Shown here piece by piece: positions 46,649 through 57,513 of a stretch of DNA of 64,000 bases (position 1 is its first letter; each line of letters begins with the position of its first letter). The stretch comes from Planctomycetota bacterium (GTDB taxonomy: Bacteria; Planctomycetota; UBA8108; SXIK01). The stretch is taken from positions 7,520,001-7,584,000 of the forward strand of contig CBDCXR010000004.1 in the NCBI GenBank assembly GCA_965223845.1, written 5' to 3'. The position numbers and the translations under genes are program-made. The notes under the pieces were generated by a model. That model was not told where the DNA came from and did no database searches. It worked only from the letters and a program-made list of their open reading frames with translations.

Positions 46649-48258
46649 GCGAGACGAAGCGCGTATTCATTTCCGACAAGTTCACCGACGACGCCCTGGC
46701 GATTCTCGCGCGATGCCCGGTGCTCGAGGTCGACTATCGACCGGGTCTAGAGCTCGCAGAGAAGATCGAGGCCGCGTCGCGCGCGGATGCGCTCGTCATC
46801 CGGAGTGCGACCAAGGTCACGCGTGAGTTCTTGGAGAACATGGGCGACGGCGCGCCGCTCGAGCTGATCGTCCGAGCCGGCGTGGGCGTCGACAATGTCG
46901 ACGTCGACGAGGCCACGCGCCGCGGAATCGTCGTTCAAAACGTACCCGGCGGAAACACTCGCTCGGCGGCCGAGCACAGCGTCGCATTGCTCCTTGCGAT
47001 GGCGCGGCAGATCCCGGTCGCGCACCAGTCGATGCGCGACGGGAAGTGGGAGCGGAGCAAGTTCGTCGGTGTCGAGGTTCTAGGGAAAAAGCTCGGGGTC
47101 GTCGGTCTCGGAAAGATCGGCCGGTACGTCGTCGAAATGGCGACCGGGCTCGGGTTCGAGATTCTCGCGTACGACCCGTTCGTCTCGCCGAGCATGGCGG
47201 AGCAGCTCGGAGTGGAGCTCATCGAGAGCGTCGCGGAGCTCGCGACGAAGGTCGATTTCCTCACCGTTCACGTCCCGCTCTCCGAGGAGACGAAGGGACT
47301 CGTGGGCGACGAAGTGCTCTCCGGTGCGAAGCCGGGCCTCCGGATCATCAACTGCGCGAGGGGAGGAATCGTCGACGAGGCGGCTCTTCTCCGGGCGCTC
47401 GAGGGTGGTCAGGTGGCGGCGGCGGCGATCGACGTCTTCGTGGAGGAACCGCCGGGCGCGACCGAGCTCGTTCGCCATCCCAACGTCGTCGTGACCCCGC
47501 ACCTCGGTGCGTCGACTCGGGAGGCGCAGCAGAACGTCGCTCTCGCGGCGTCCGAAATGGTCGTCGATTTTCTCACCGAGCGGCGGCTTCACAGCCCGGT
47601 GAACGCGATCCAGCTCGATCCGGATATCCGCGACGAAGTGCAGCCCTACCGCGAGCTCGCGCTCCGGCTGGGACGGATTCAGGCGCAGTTGCTCGAATCG
47701 AACCCCGTCCAGATCGACGTGAAGTATTTCGGAAAGCTGTTCAGTGGGAAGATTCAGTCGTATCTGACGAACAGCGTGCTCGAAGGATTCGTCGCGGGCC
47801 GCTCCGCGCAGCCGGTCAATTTCATCAACGTCCGCGCGCTCGCGCAGGAGCAGGGACTCGCCATCTCGGAGTCGTCGTCCGGCGAGAGTCGCTATTTCGC
47901 GAACCTGATCAGCGTCGCGGTGAAGGATCACGAAGGACGTGGTCATGAAGTGCGGGGAGCGATTCGCGGACGGAGCGGCCTCCGGCTCGTCTCATTCGAC
48001 AGCTATCAGTTCGATGCCGTGTTCGAAGGTGCGCTTCTTCTCGTCTGCAACGAAGATCGCCCGGGGATGATCGGCGTCGTCGGGACGAAGCTCGCCGGTT
48101 ACGACATCAACGTGAGCAATATGTCGCTCGGACGGGACCGGAGCGGGGGACGCGCCCTCTCCGTCCTCAGCCTCGACACGCCGCCGCCGGCGGCGGCGGT
48201 CGACGAGCTCGCCGCGGCGGAGGGGATCGTTTGGGCTCGGGCGGTCGCGGTCGATTAG
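46645..48258 (+). CDS. serA: D-3-phosphoglycerate dehydrogenase
   Basis: RAGVGVDN, AAEH, GLGKIG, NCARG, PHLGAST, C-terminal ACT; GTGA overlap with fabF. Confidence 0.93.
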   Translation: MSETKRVFISDKFTDDALAILARCPVLEVDYRPGLELAEKIEAASRADALVIRSATKVTREFLENMGDGAPLELIVRAGVGVDNVDVDEATRRGIVVQNVPGGNTRSAAEHSVALLLAMARQIPVAHQSMRDGKWERSKFVGVEVLGKKLGVVGLGKIGRYVVEMATGLGFEILAYDPFVSPSMAEQLGVELIESVAELATKVDFLTVHVPLSEETKGLVGDEVLSGAKPGLRIINCARGGIVDEAALLRALEGGQVAAAAIDVFVEEPPGATELVRHPNVVVTPHLGASTREAQQNVALAASEMVVDFLTERRLHSPVNAIQLDPDIRDEVQPYRELALRLGRIQAQLLESNPVQIDVKYFGKLFSGKIQSYLTNSVLEGFVAGRSAQPVNFINVRALAQEQGLAISESSSGESRYFANLISVAVKDHEGRGHEVRGAIRGRSGLRLVSFDSYQFDAVFEGALLLVCNEDRPGMIGVVGTKLAGYDINVSNMSLGRDRSGGRALSVLSLDTPPPAAAVDELAAAEGIVWARAVAVD

Positions 48259-48347
48259 CACTTCGAGCGTAGCGACGCGACTCGCGGCGCTCTCCGGCGT
48301 CTGGCCTCGGCGCGAGCTCTGTTTGCTAGAGCCGACCGACGAGCCTC

Positions 48348-49091
48348 CTACCGCGGCTTTTCCGGGCGCGGCTCGGGTGACGACGGCGCGTCCGCCTCGG
48401 GACGAGCCTCGAATCGATTGATCACTCGGCGCGCGTACGCCGCGAAGTAGCTCTTCGGGTAGAGGCGAACGATCCGGCGGAGGATCGGGATTGCGCGGCG
48501 AACGTCTTTCTTTCGCTCCGCGAGGATGTAGGCCGCCTTGTAGAGCACCTGGCTGTGAGCGTAGCCCCGCGGGATCCACTCGGCGGCCTTCGAGTACTCG
48601 AACGACGCGGAGTCGAAGTAGCCGAGCTCGTAATACACGCGAGCCAGCCGGAGGCGGAGTCGGACGTCGTTCGGTTTCGTGCGCAGGCCCTCGCAGGTGA
48701 CCCGAAGCAGATCCCACCACTCCTTCGAGGATGCGGGCCGTTCGGGCCCGAGCGAACGAGAGCCCGGAGCGAGGATGCGCTCGAGGATCACGCCCCAGTA
48801 GTGGACGCCGATGAAGACCGCGGTCGGAACGTAGCAGAGGGAGGAGCCGAGAAACGCGAAGAACGCGACGCTCGAGTCGAAGATTCCTGCGGCGCCTCCC
48901 ACCGCTTCGCCCGCCGGCGGGCGCGCCGCGATCACCGCGAGAGTCGTTACGACGAAAACGAACGCCGCCGTTAGCGCGTGCACGACGGGATCGGTGCGGA
49001 TCCGCTCACGGTAAGCGTAAACGAATCCGAGCGCGATTCCGGCGAGACCGTGAATCACCGCGACCCAAATGAAGAGCGGAACCTCCATCAC
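48348..49091 (-). CDS. Membrane protein (3 TM) with C-terminal TPR domain
   Basis: Three hydrophobic segments, then RLRLARVYYELG / VLYKAAYI / IVRLYPKS. Confidence 0.65.
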   Translation of the reverse strand: MMEVPLFIWVAVIHGLAGIALGFVYAYRERIRTDPVVHALTAAFVFVVTTLAVIAARPPAGEAVGGAAGIFDSSVAFFAFLGSSLCYVPTAVFIGVHYWGVILERILAPGSRSLGPERPASSKEWWDLLRVTCEGLRTKPNDVRLRLRLARVYYELGYFDSASFEYSKAAEWIPRGYAHSQVLYKAAYILAERKKDVRRAIPILRRIVRLYPKSYFAAYARRVINRFEARPEADAPSSPEPRPEKPR

Positions 49092-49260
49092 GAGATCGAT
49101 TGTAGATCGCTACTCGAGCCGGTTCTACGTTCTACCTTTCACGAGCGCAGCGTTGGCTCGCGAGAGGGCAGGTACGAGCGCGCATTTTCGGTCCTTCCGC
49201 CGCGCTTCGGGAGGCATCCAAGATCCGTACAAGTCCTGACGCGCTGACACTTTTTGCCGT

Positions 49261-49289
49261 TTGACGGGTTCTTCGTTTCGTCATAGTCT
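49261..49289 (+). promoter_or_regulatory. Sigma70 promoter
   Basis: TTGACG-N17-TAGTCT. Confidence 0.55.
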
Positions 49290-49294
49290 TCGAT

Positions 49295-49510
49295 GCCCGC
49301 AAGGAAGAGAGTCGACCGAAACACAAGCGACCAGCCGGCAAGACCGGGAGAGAGGGGAGCCGGCTACCGCTTCGATGTCGACTTCATTTCGACAAGCAAA
49401 TGCGTGCCGGTAGGGGTGCAGAACGACACCGACGCTGCAGCTTAGATCTAACGCCCCCAACCCACGTTCCATTGGCCCGTCCCTACCCGTCAGGGACGGG
49501 CCTTTTTTTT
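49295..49510 (+). ncRNA. Candidate structured small RNA or leader, family unassigned
   Basis: Lies between the promoter and a terminator. Nested helices AGTCGAC/GTCGACT, AAGCG/CGCTT, AGCCGGC/GCCGGCT. Confidence 0.45.
49474..49510 (+). terminator. Strong rho-independent terminator
   Basis: 11-bp perfect stem GGCCCGTCCCT/AGGGACGGGCC + T8. Confidence 0.9.
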
Positions 49511-49780
49511 GCGGCGAAGCAGTTCGGCGCGAATCTTGCCTCGCGGCGCGCGCGATCTTACCTCGATCGCGCACGGGACATTATCGCCCGTCGTCACCTC
49601 CCCGCTCGCAGCATACGGTTCGGCGACGCGAGGAACAGTTCCGCGGACCTTCGCGGCGCGTCGATTTGTCGCCCTCGCGCGAGTGAGCTATTCTTCTTCC
49701 GACCGGTGAAACGAGACGTTCGTTTCGTGCTGTCGAAGCGACGGCAGGGAAGATCCGAAGCGGAAATCAGAACGCGGACC

Positions 49781-50467
49781 ATGAAGATCGGCTGTCTCAC
49801 CATTCTCAACGGAGCGGATCAAGACAAACGGATCCTGCTCAAGAACCTGAGCGTATTCGAAGCCGGGCGCTCTCAGGGGAACCACATCTACATCAAGGAC
49901 GAGACCGTCGCGTGCAGTCATTTCCGCGTGTACCGAAGCGGATCGTCGTACAGCGTGTACGATCTCGGCACGAAGAGCGGGACGAAAGTCAACGGCGAGC
50001 CGGTCGACAAGCGCGATCTCGACGAGGGCGACATCGTCACCGTCGGAGACGTGCAGATCCGATTCGAGTTGGTGGATGAAGAGACTCCCGGACGCCTCGC
50101 GTCCTCGGCGCCCGATTCGGACGAACGCGACTCGCAGGCGTTCAACGGCGGTGTCCTCACGAAGACCCGCGCGTCTCAGCCCGCCCTCGTCGTGATCGAC
50201 GGTCACGACCAGGGCAAGACCTTCTCGCTCAAGGGTAAGCCGCAGTTCAAGATCGGGCGGAGCGCCACCTCCGATCTGAGACTCTCCGACGGCAAAGTGT
50301 CTCGGGACCACTGCGTGATCGAGAGCGGCCGGGACAACCACGTGATCATCGATCTCGAAAGCGCGAACGGAACGATCGTGAACGGCGATCGCATCAAGAA
50401 GGTCGTCCTCAAGGACGGAGACTTCATCCGCCTCGGCTACACGATGCTCAAGTACGATCGAGTCTAG
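49781..50467 (+). CDS. Tandem FHA-domain protein
   Basis: GRS..VSRDH..DLESANGT (second domain, canonical); first domain degenerate. Confidence 0.85.
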   Translation: MKIGCLTILNGADQDKRILLKNLSVFEAGRSQGNHIYIKDETVACSHFRVYRSGSSYSVYDLGTKSGTKVNGEPVDKRDLDEGDIVTVGDVQIRFELVDEETPGRLASSAPDSDERDSQAFNGGVLTKTRASQPALVVIDGHDQGKTFSLKGKPQFKIGRSATSDLRLSDGKVSRDHCVIESGRDNHVIIDLESANGTIVNGDRIKKVVLKDGDFIRLGYTMLKYDRV

Positions 50468-50569
50468 GCTCGATCGCATTCCCGCCGCCTTCACACTCGG
50501 GGGGTGCGGTACGAGAGGACCAGTGAGTCCGGGCGCGGGAACGGGAACGACGCGAGAGCTTTGTGGCGT

Positions 50570-51532
50570 TCAGCCGCGAGGATGGAACTCCCGGTGCGCG
50601 TTCTTCAAGTCAGTGCGGTCGAGATGCGTGTAGATCTCCGTCGTCTCGACGCGAACGTGCCCGAGGATCTCTTGCACGATTCGGAGATCCGCGCCGCCGC
50701 GGATGAGGTGAGTTGCGAGCGAGTGGCGGAGAACGTGCGGGCTGACGTCGCTCGGTAGGCCGGCGAGCGCCGCGTACTTGCGCAGGAGTGCGCGCACGAC
50801 CTCGCGTCCGAGCGGGCGTCCGGACCGGCTGAGAAACATCTTTTCGCACTTCGTCGATCCGCCGGCGACGGCGGCGAGTCGGGGGCGTTCCTCCTCGACG
50901 TAGAGCGCGACCGCTGCTTCCGCGCGGCGGCTGATCGGGACGATGCGCTCCCTCGCTCCCTTGCCGAAGCAGCGCACGACGCCGAGGTCGGCACGGACGC
51001 CGTCGAGGGGAAGCTGGACCGCCTCGCCGACGCGGAGACCCGTCGCATAGAGAAGCTCGAGGAGCGCGCGGTCCCGGAGGGGGAAGCGACTGGCCGCCGG
51101 AGTGATCTCGGCCATCAGTCGTTCGATCTGATCGACGGTCAGGTAGCGCGGGAGCCGCTGGCCGACTCGAGGCGAGTCGAGGTGCTCGGTAGGATCGTCG
51201 GTGATGAAGCCGCGGGCGACGAGGAAGCGAAAGTACATCCGCACCGCCGAGAGCCGGCGCCGGATCGAGACGACGCATTGACCCCGTTGCCGCTCGGCGA
51301 CGAGAAACTCGAAGACGTCGCGCTCGCGGACTTGCCCGGGCGCGCCGGCGCTCTCCGGCGGGAGCGAAGCGAAGAAGAGCCTGCAATCCGAGCGGTACGC
51401 ATCCGTCGTATTGCGGGAGAGTCCGCGCTCGATGTCGAGCGACGCGATGAAGAGGTCGAGCGTGCGGTCGAATCCGGCCGCGTGGGCGTCGCCGCCCGGC
51501 GGGCGGCGCTTCGAACTCGGTAGCGGAGTCAT
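50570..51532 (-). CDS. xerD: Site-specific tyrosine recombinase XerD-like
   Basis: ERGLSRNT..AY, LYATGLRVGE, GKGARER, HVLRHSLATH, LGH, TTEIYTH. Confidence 0.88.
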   Translation of the reverse strand: MTPLPSSKRRPPGGDAHAAGFDRTLDLFIASLDIERGLSRNTTDAYRSDCRLFFASLPPESAGAPGQVRERDVFEFLVAERQRGQCVVSIRRRLSAVRMYFRFLVARGFITDDPTEHLDSPRVGQRLPRYLTVDQIERLMAEITPAASRFPLRDRALLELLYATGLRVGEAVQLPLDGVRADLGVVRCFGKGARERIVPISRRAEAAVALYVEEERPRLAAVAGGSTKCEKMFLSRSGRPLGREVVRALLRKYAALAGLPSDVSPHVLRHSLATHLIRGGADLRIVQEILGHVRVETTEIYTHLDRTDLKNAHREFHPRG

Positions 51533-52114
51533 CGGCACGTGAGCATCGAGTCGCGGTAACGCGGACGCGGCGAGAGTCGCCGGGCGAAGGCGTTGCGGCA
51601 CGGTTCGCGCGCCGGCCCGCGCGCGCGGGGATTTGTCCGGCGCGGTCTGGAGCCTTTCTACCACGGAGTTATAATCACGACCAATGCTGCCGGTTGTACT
51701 GCGTGCGGTCCGTCTTCGGCCGCGGTCGAGGCCTCGACCTAAGCGATGGAAAGCGCGCGAGATACAGCGTCCGACGCGCGCCGCGGTCGCGCTTCGGCAC
51801 GACGGTCCCCACGGGGTGATAAACCTCGAGAGGAGCGGTGTCGAGGTTTCGGTGACCCGTGTCGGTCGCGACGGTTCCGCTCCGCCGAACGGTGTCCGGA
51901 CCGCCGCCTGGCCGTCGTCGAGCCATCGGATCGCCTCGACTCCCGAGCGCGTGGATCTGATCGATGGCTCTCGCCGGCGCGCGCGTGGTCGACGTCGAGC
52001 TCGCGGAGTTGCGCCGCGGGAGTCGGGGAGCGGCGCGCCGGGTGTCGTGTCGGCGACCGCACCCGTGCAGCCACCCGAGCGGCGAGTTTCACTGAACCGA
52101 CGAGACCCAGCCCG

Positions 52115-54766
52115 ATGAAGAATCCCGTGCGCGGTGTCGGCCGCCTGTTTCAGAAGGTCTTCGGATCGCACAACGATCGAGTGCTGAAGCGCCTCTGGCC
52201 GGTCGTGCACGCCGTCAGCCAGAAGGAATCCGAGATCCAGACGCTCTCCGACGAGAAGCTCGAAGGAAAGACTGCCGAGTTCCGCGATCGCCTGAGCGGA
52301 GGAGCGAAGCTCGACGACCTTCTCCCCGAGGCCTTCGCCTGCGTTCGCGAGTCGTCGCGTCGCAATCTGAAGACGGCCGACGGGACGCCGATGCGCCACT
52401 TCGACTGCCAGCTTCTCGGCGGCCTCGTTCTTCACCAGGGCGGGATCGCGGAGATGCTCACCGGCGAGGGAAAGACTCTCGTCGCGACGTCACCGTCCTA
52501 CTTGAACGCGCTCCCCCAAAACGGTGTCCACATCGTGACGGTGAACGATTACCTCGCGCGCCGCGATGCCGATTGGATGGCGCCCGTCTATACGGGTCTC
52601 GGGGTGTCGGTGGGGGCGATCCAGTCGGAGATGGATTCGCAGGAGCGCCGTGAGTTCTACGCCCGCGACATCACGTACGGCACGAACAACGAATTCGGCT
52701 TCGACTACCTGCGTGACAACATGAAGCTCGACTCGCGCGAGCAGGTGCAGCAGGGACGGCGCGCCTACGCGATCGTCGACGAGGTGGACAGCATTCTCAT
52801 CGACGAGGCGCGAACCCCGCTCATCATTTCGGGGCCAGCCGGGGAATCGAGCGAGAAATACCACGTCGCCAATCGCGTCGCGAAGCGACTTCGCCGCGGT
52901 CAAGACTTCGAGGTGAAGGAGAAGGAACGCTCGGTGATCTTGACCGAGGCCGGGATCACTAAGGCCGAGAAGCTCGTCGGAGTACCGAGCTTCTACGTCG
53001 GGAAACACATGGAGTGGCCCCATCTCCTCGAGCAGGCCTTGCGCGCGCACCACCTCTACCGCCGCGACACCGAGTACGTCGTCCGCGACGGCGAGGTCGT
53101 CATCGTCGACGAGTTCACCGGGCGACTGATGGAGGGGCGAACCTGGAGCGAGGGACTGCACCAGGCAGTCGAGGCGAAGGAAGGGCTCCAAATCCGCCGG
53201 GAGAATCAGACGCTCGCGACGATCACGCTGCAAAACTACTTCAAGCTCTACGAGAAGCTCGCGGGAATGACCGGTACCGCGCTGACCGAGGCGGTCGAGT
53301 TCGATCGGATCTACAAGCTCCCCGTCGTCTCGATTCCGCCGAACCGACCCGTTCAGCGCATCGACCACTCGGACGTCGTCTACCGAACCGCGCGCGAAAA
53401 GTACAACGCGATCGCCGAGGAGATCCTCGAGGTCAATCAGGAGGGGCGCCCGGTGCTCGTCGGAACGACGTCGATCGAGAAATCCGAGCTGCTGAGCGGC
53501 ATGCTCTCTCGTCGCGGTATCTCTCACGAGGTGCTGAACGCGAAGCAGCACGAGCGCGAAGCGGACATCGTCGCCAGCGCCGGTCAGCCCGGGCGCGTGA
53601 CCATTTCGACGAACATGGCGGGCCGCGGTACGGACATCGTTCTCGGTCCCGGTGTCGCCAAGAAGGGCGGGCTCCACGTTCTCGGCACGGAGCGCCACGA
53701 ATCGCGGCGGATCGACAATCAGCTCCGAGGACGCTGCGCGCGACAGGGCGACCCCGGATCTTCGCGTTTCTTCCTCTGCCTCGAGGACGATTTGATGCGG
53801 CGGTTCGCGTCGGAGCGAGTCGGTGACATCCTCAAGCGACTCGGCATGAAGGAAGGCGACGAGATCTCGCATCCCTGGGTGAACAAGTCCATCGAGCGCG
53901 CACAAAAGAAAGTCGAGAACTATCACTTCGAGATTCGACGGAACCTGCTCGAGTACGACGCCGTCCTCAACGAGCAGCGCGGTCTCGTCTACTCGCAGCG
54001 CCAGCGTGTGCTCGAGGGCGACGATCTCTCCGAGATCGTTCTCACGATGGCGGAGAAGACGGTTCATTCCCGGACAGAGTACTACCTGAGCCTGCCGGTG
54101 CCGGATCCGAGCCGGAACGCGGAGGACGAAGGCGTCCCGCATCCCGTGGACGAGCTTCGGCTTTGGGTCGAGAGCTCGTACGGTTTCGCGGTGAGCGACG
54201 AAGATCTCGGCATCGACCGCTCGGTGCCGCTCGACGATCAGCACGAAGACGTCGCCGACCGGCTCGTCGAGGTGTACAAGTCGCACTACAACGAGAAGCG
54301 CGACGCCGTCGGCGAGGAGGTGCTCGCCCGAGTCGAGCGGTACATCCTGCTCATGAAGTTCGACGAGAAGTGGCGCGACCACCTCCACGCGCTCGAGCAG
54401 CTTCGTCACGGGATCAGCATGCGCGCGGTCGGTCAGATCGACCCGAAGATGGCGTACAAGCAGGAGGGTTACCAAATGTTCTCGGAGATGATCGAGAATC
54501 TCCGGAGCGAGGTCGCCCAGCTCGTCCTTCGGGTCGAAGTGCGCCCCGAAGACGAGCGCGAGATGGAGAGCGGTCTCGATAGCGCTGAATACCACGGCGG
54601 TGGCGGAGGCGCTGAGGGTGAGGCTGGCGAGGGGGAGGTGACGACCAACGCCAAGAGCGAGGGGCCGCGAAAGCCGATCGTGAACAAGCAGCCTAAGGTC
54701 GGTCGCAACGATCCGTGTCCCTGCGGCAGCGGGAAGAAGTACAAGCGCTGCCACGGCGCGGCTTGA
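52115..54766 (+). CDS. secA: Preprotein translocase ATPase
   Basis: [46 protein letters not shown] motif [13 protein letters not shown]. Confidence 0.97.
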   Translation: MKNPVRGVGRLFQKVFGSHNDRVLKRLWPVVHAVSQKESEIQTLSDEKLEGKTAEFRDRLSGGAKLDDLLPEAFACVRESSRRNLKTADGTPMRHFDCQLLGGLVLHQGGIAEMLTGEGKTLVATSPSYLNALPQNGVHIVTVNDYLARRDADWMAPVYTGLGVSVGAIQSEMDSQERREFYARDITYGTNNEFGFDYLRDNMKLDSREQVQQGRRAYAIVDEVDSILIDEARTPLIISGPAGESSEKYHVANRVAKRLRRGQDFEVKEKERSVILTEAGITKAEKLVGVPSFYVGKHMEWPHLLEQALRAHHLYRRDTEYVVRDGEVVIVDEFTGRLMEGRTWSEGLHQAVEAKEGLQIRRENQTLATITLQNYFKLYEKLAGMTGTALTEAVEFDRIYKLPVVSIPPNRPVQRIDHSDVVYRTAREKYNAIAEEILEVNQEGRPVLVGTTSIEKSELLSGMLSRRGISHEVLNAKQHEREADIVASAGQPGRVTISTNMAGRGTDIVLGPGVAKKGGLHVLGTERHESRRIDNQLRGRCARQGDPGSSRFFLCLEDDLMRRFASERVGDILKRLGMKEGDEISHPWVNKSIERAQKKVENYHFEIRRNLLEYDAVLNEQRGLVYSQRQRVLEGDDLSEIVLTMAEKTVHSRTEYYLSLPVPDPSRNAEDEGVPHPVDELRLWVESSYGFAVSDEDLGIDRSVPLDDQHEDVADRLVEVYKSHYNEKRDAVGEEVLARVERYILLMKFDEKWRDHLHALEQLRHGISMRAVGQIDPKMAYKQEGYQMFSEMIENLRSEVAQLVLRVEVRPEDEREMESGLDSAEYHGGGGGAEGEAGEGEVTTNAKSEGPRKPIVNKQPKVGRNDPCPCGSGKKYKRCHGAA

Positions 54767-54779
54767 GCGTTCGGTCGTC

Positions 54780-56195
54780 GTGCCTTCCGGGTCGAGTTCG
54801 CCCGAGTCTCTCCGCCCTTCGGAGTGGTCCCCGCGCGCGCGGCGTCCCTCCGGAACGCGAGCGTGGACGCTCCTCGCACTCAGCCTCGTCCTCGATCTCG
54901 TCTATCTCGCGCTGCTTCCGATCATCGCCGTCGTCTGGATCGTGCTCTCGCGCGGATTCACGCGGCGAAAGTACGTCGCGGGCTGGCGTGAAAAATGGGG
55001 TGGAGTGGCCGAACGCGAGTCGGGCCGTCCCGGACTCTGGGTTCACGCGGTCTCGGTCGGCGAGGCTCAGACCGCAGTGCCCCTGGTCGCGGCGCTGCGG
55101 GATCGGTTCCCCGAGTGCGACGTCGACGTCTCCGTCTCGACACCGACGGGTCACGCGGTGGCTGTCCGCAACTTCGGAAAGGACAACGTTCACTACGCCC
55201 CCGTCGACGTCGGCCTCGTCGCGGGACGAGTTCTCGCGCGCCGGCGGCCCTCGGCGATCCTCCTCGTCGAGCTCGAGCTTTGGCCCGGATTCCTTCTTTC
55301 GGCCGTGCGGCGCGGCATTCCGGTCTTCGTCGTCAACGGACGGCTGACGGAGCGCTCGCTCCGAGGGTATCTGAGGTTCGGGTATCTCTCGCGGCGGCTC
55401 GTTTCGCTCGTCACCGGATTCGGCGTGCAGACCGCCGAGTACGCCGAGCGGTTCGTTCGCCTCGGGGTGGATTCGCGGCGGGTGGAAGTCCTCGGGAACC
55501 TGAAGCACGACCGCCCGCCCGCGCCCGCGGCCGAGCGCGGAGATGCGTACCGTCGGGCGCTCGGCTGGACGGCCGACTCGGTGCGCGTCGTCGTCGGTGG
55601 ATCGACCCACCCGGGCGAGGAGGCACTGCTCGCGCGACTCGCGGGCGAGTGGCGGGAGACGGCGCCCGATCTCCGGCTCGTCGTCGTGCCGCGCCACGTC
55701 GATCGCATCGACTCCGCGGAGCTCGAGTCGTGGGAAGCGAGTCGGCCGGTCGTACGGTGGAGCGAGCTGCGCGATCCCGAATCGGGTGCGCCGGGCCGCG
55801 CGCTCGGCGACGAGATCCTCGTCGTCGATACCGTCGGCGAGCTCGAAGCGTTCTATCGTCTCGCCGACATCGTGTTTGTGGGCGGCACGATGATCGAGCA
55901 CGGCGGTCACAACCTCTTCGAAGCGGCGCAGCTCGGAAAGCCGGTCGTCTTTGGCCCGCACATCTGGAACTTCCGCTTCGAGGCCGATCGGCTGCTCGGC
56001 GAAAACGCGGCGGTGGCCGTCGGGTCGCCAGACGAGCTCGGGACGCGCATTCGCGATCTCCTGAGCGACCCGGAGGAGCGCGCCCGCCTCGCGGCGAGCG
56101 CGAGCTCGGTCACGGCGCAACTTCGGGGTGCGACGCGTCGCCACATCGAATGGCTCGCGCGGGAGTTGCAGCTTTTCTTCGGATCGGGCAGTTGA
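54780..56195 (+). CDS. waaA: Kdo transferase
   Basis: WVHAVSVGE, ELELWP, GNLK, GSTHPGEE, VPRH, DTVGEL, GGHN. Confidence 0.92.
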   Translation: MPSGSSSPESLRPSEWSPRARRPSGTRAWTLLALSLVLDLVYLALLPIIAVVWIVLSRGFTRRKYVAGWREKWGGVAERESGRPGLWVHAVSVGEAQTAVPLVAALRDRFPECDVDVSVSTPTGHAVAVRNFGKDNVHYAPVDVGLVAGRVLARRRPSAILLVELELWPGFLLSAVRRGIPVFVVNGRLTERSLRGYLRFGYLSRRLVSLVTGFGVQTAEYAERFVRLGVDSRRVEVLGNLKHDRPPAPAAERGDAYRRALGWTADSVRVVVGGSTHPGEEALLARLAGEWRETAPDLRLVVVPRHVDRIDSAELESWEASRPVVRWSELRDPESGAPGRALGDEILVVDTVGELEAFYRLADIVFVGGTMIEHGGHNLFEAAQLGKPVVFGPHIWNFRFEADRLLGENAAVAVGSPDELGTRIRDLLSDPEERARLAASASSVTAQLRGATRRHIEWLARELQLFFGSGS

Positions 56196-56292
56196 TAAAA
56201 TCCTCCGCCTTTCGTGGAGCCGCCGTCCGTTGCTCGGGTCGCACGCGTCGGTCCGCAGAATCCCCATCTATGAGCGGAGAGAGTGACACGCT

Positions 56293-57459
56293 ATGGCTGA
56301 GCGCACGCTGTTCACTTCAGAGTCGGTCACCATGGGGCATCCGGACAAGGTTTCGGACCAGATTTCGGATGCCATCCTTGACGCGATGCTCAGTCACGAC
56401 CCGAACTCTCGCGTCGCGTGCGAGACGCTCGTCACGACGGGCCTGGTGTTCGTCGCGGGCGAAATCACGACTAGCTGCTACGTCGACATTCCCATCCTCG
56501 TCCGGGACACGATCCGCGAGATCGGCTACACGGATGCGGAGATGGGATTCGATTACGCGACCTGCGCGGTCTTGACCGCCATTCAGCAGCAGTCCGACGA
56601 CATCTCGATCGGGGTCACGGAGGGACAGGGCCTCCACAAGGAGATGGGCGCGGGCGATCAGGGCATGATGTTCGGCTACGCCTGCAACGAGACCGAGGAG
56701 AAGATGCCGCTGGCGGTGACGCTGTCGCGTCTTCTCGTCGCCGAGCTCGCACGAGTCCGCGAAACGGGCGAACTCCACTTTCTCCGTCCGGACGGAAAGT
56801 CGCAGGTGACCGTCGAGTACGAGGACGGGAAGCCCGTACGCGTCGACGCCGTCGTGATCTCGACTCAGCACACCCCGGAAGTGGACCACGACACGATCGT
56901 CACGGAAGTCGAAGAGAAGATCATCCGCCGGGTGATCCCACCGCATCTTCTCGACGGAAACTCGACGTTCCACATCAATCCCACCGGACGATTCGTCGTC
57001 GGAGGGCCGCACGGCGACACCGGTCTCACCGGCCGAAAGATCATCGCCGATACCTACGGTGGCCGCGGTCGTCACGGCGGCGGCGCGTTCTCGGGAAAGG
57101 ATCCGAGCAAGGTGGATCGAAGCGCAGCCTACATGGCGCGCTACATCGCGAAGAACGTGGTCGCGGCGGAGCTCGCCGATCGCTGCGAGGTTCAGCTCTC
57201 CTACGCGATCGGGGTCGCGGACCCGACGTCGGTTCTCGTCGAGACCGAGGGCACGGCAAAGGTGCCCGAGCGCACGATCGAGAAGCTCGTGCGAAAGCAC
57301 TTCCCGCTGAAGCCGGCGGGGATCATCGAGGCGCTCAATCTGCGGCGTCCGATCTACAAGGACACCGCGCGCTACGGGCACTTCGGTCGGAGCGAACCGA
57401 ATCTCACCTGGGAAAAGACCGACCGCGCCCAGGCGCTTCGGGACGACGCGGGCTTGTAG
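56293..57459 (+). CDS. metK: S-adenosylmethionine synthetase
   Basis: [26 protein letters not shown]. Confidence 0.97.
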   Translation: MAERTLFTSESVTMGHPDKVSDQISDAILDAMLSHDPNSRVACETLVTTGLVFVAGEITTSCYVDIPILVRDTIREIGYTDAEMGFDYATCAVLTAIQQQSDDISIGVTEGQGLHKEMGAGDQGMMFGYACNETEEKMPLAVTLSRLLVAELARVRETGELHFLRPDGKSQVTVEYEDGKPVRVDAVVISTQHTPEVDHDTIVTEVEEKIIRRVIPPHLLDGNSTFHINPTGRFVVGGPHGDTGLTGRKIIADTYGGRGRHGGGAFSGKDPSKVDRSAAYMARYIAKNVVAAELADRCEVQLSYAIGVADPTSVLVETEGTAKVPERTIEKLVRKHFPLKPAGIIEALNLRRPIYKDTARYGHFGRSEPNLTWEKTDRAQALRDDAGL

Positions 57460-57513
57460 GCCTGGGAGTCGCCTCGTTGCCCGACGCGGTCCCCATCCCT
57501 TCGCGTGAATCTC

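Noticed and set aside
49295-49470. T-box or tmRNA identity for the structured RNA
   Set aside because: No TGGNACC antiterminator and no tRNA-like GGGG..CCA ends; the downstream gene is unrelated to amino-acid metabolism
50570-51532. Tyrosine recombinase as a mobile-element integrase
   Set aside because: XerD-like N-terminus and size, flanked by housekeeping genes, no att repeats or cargo
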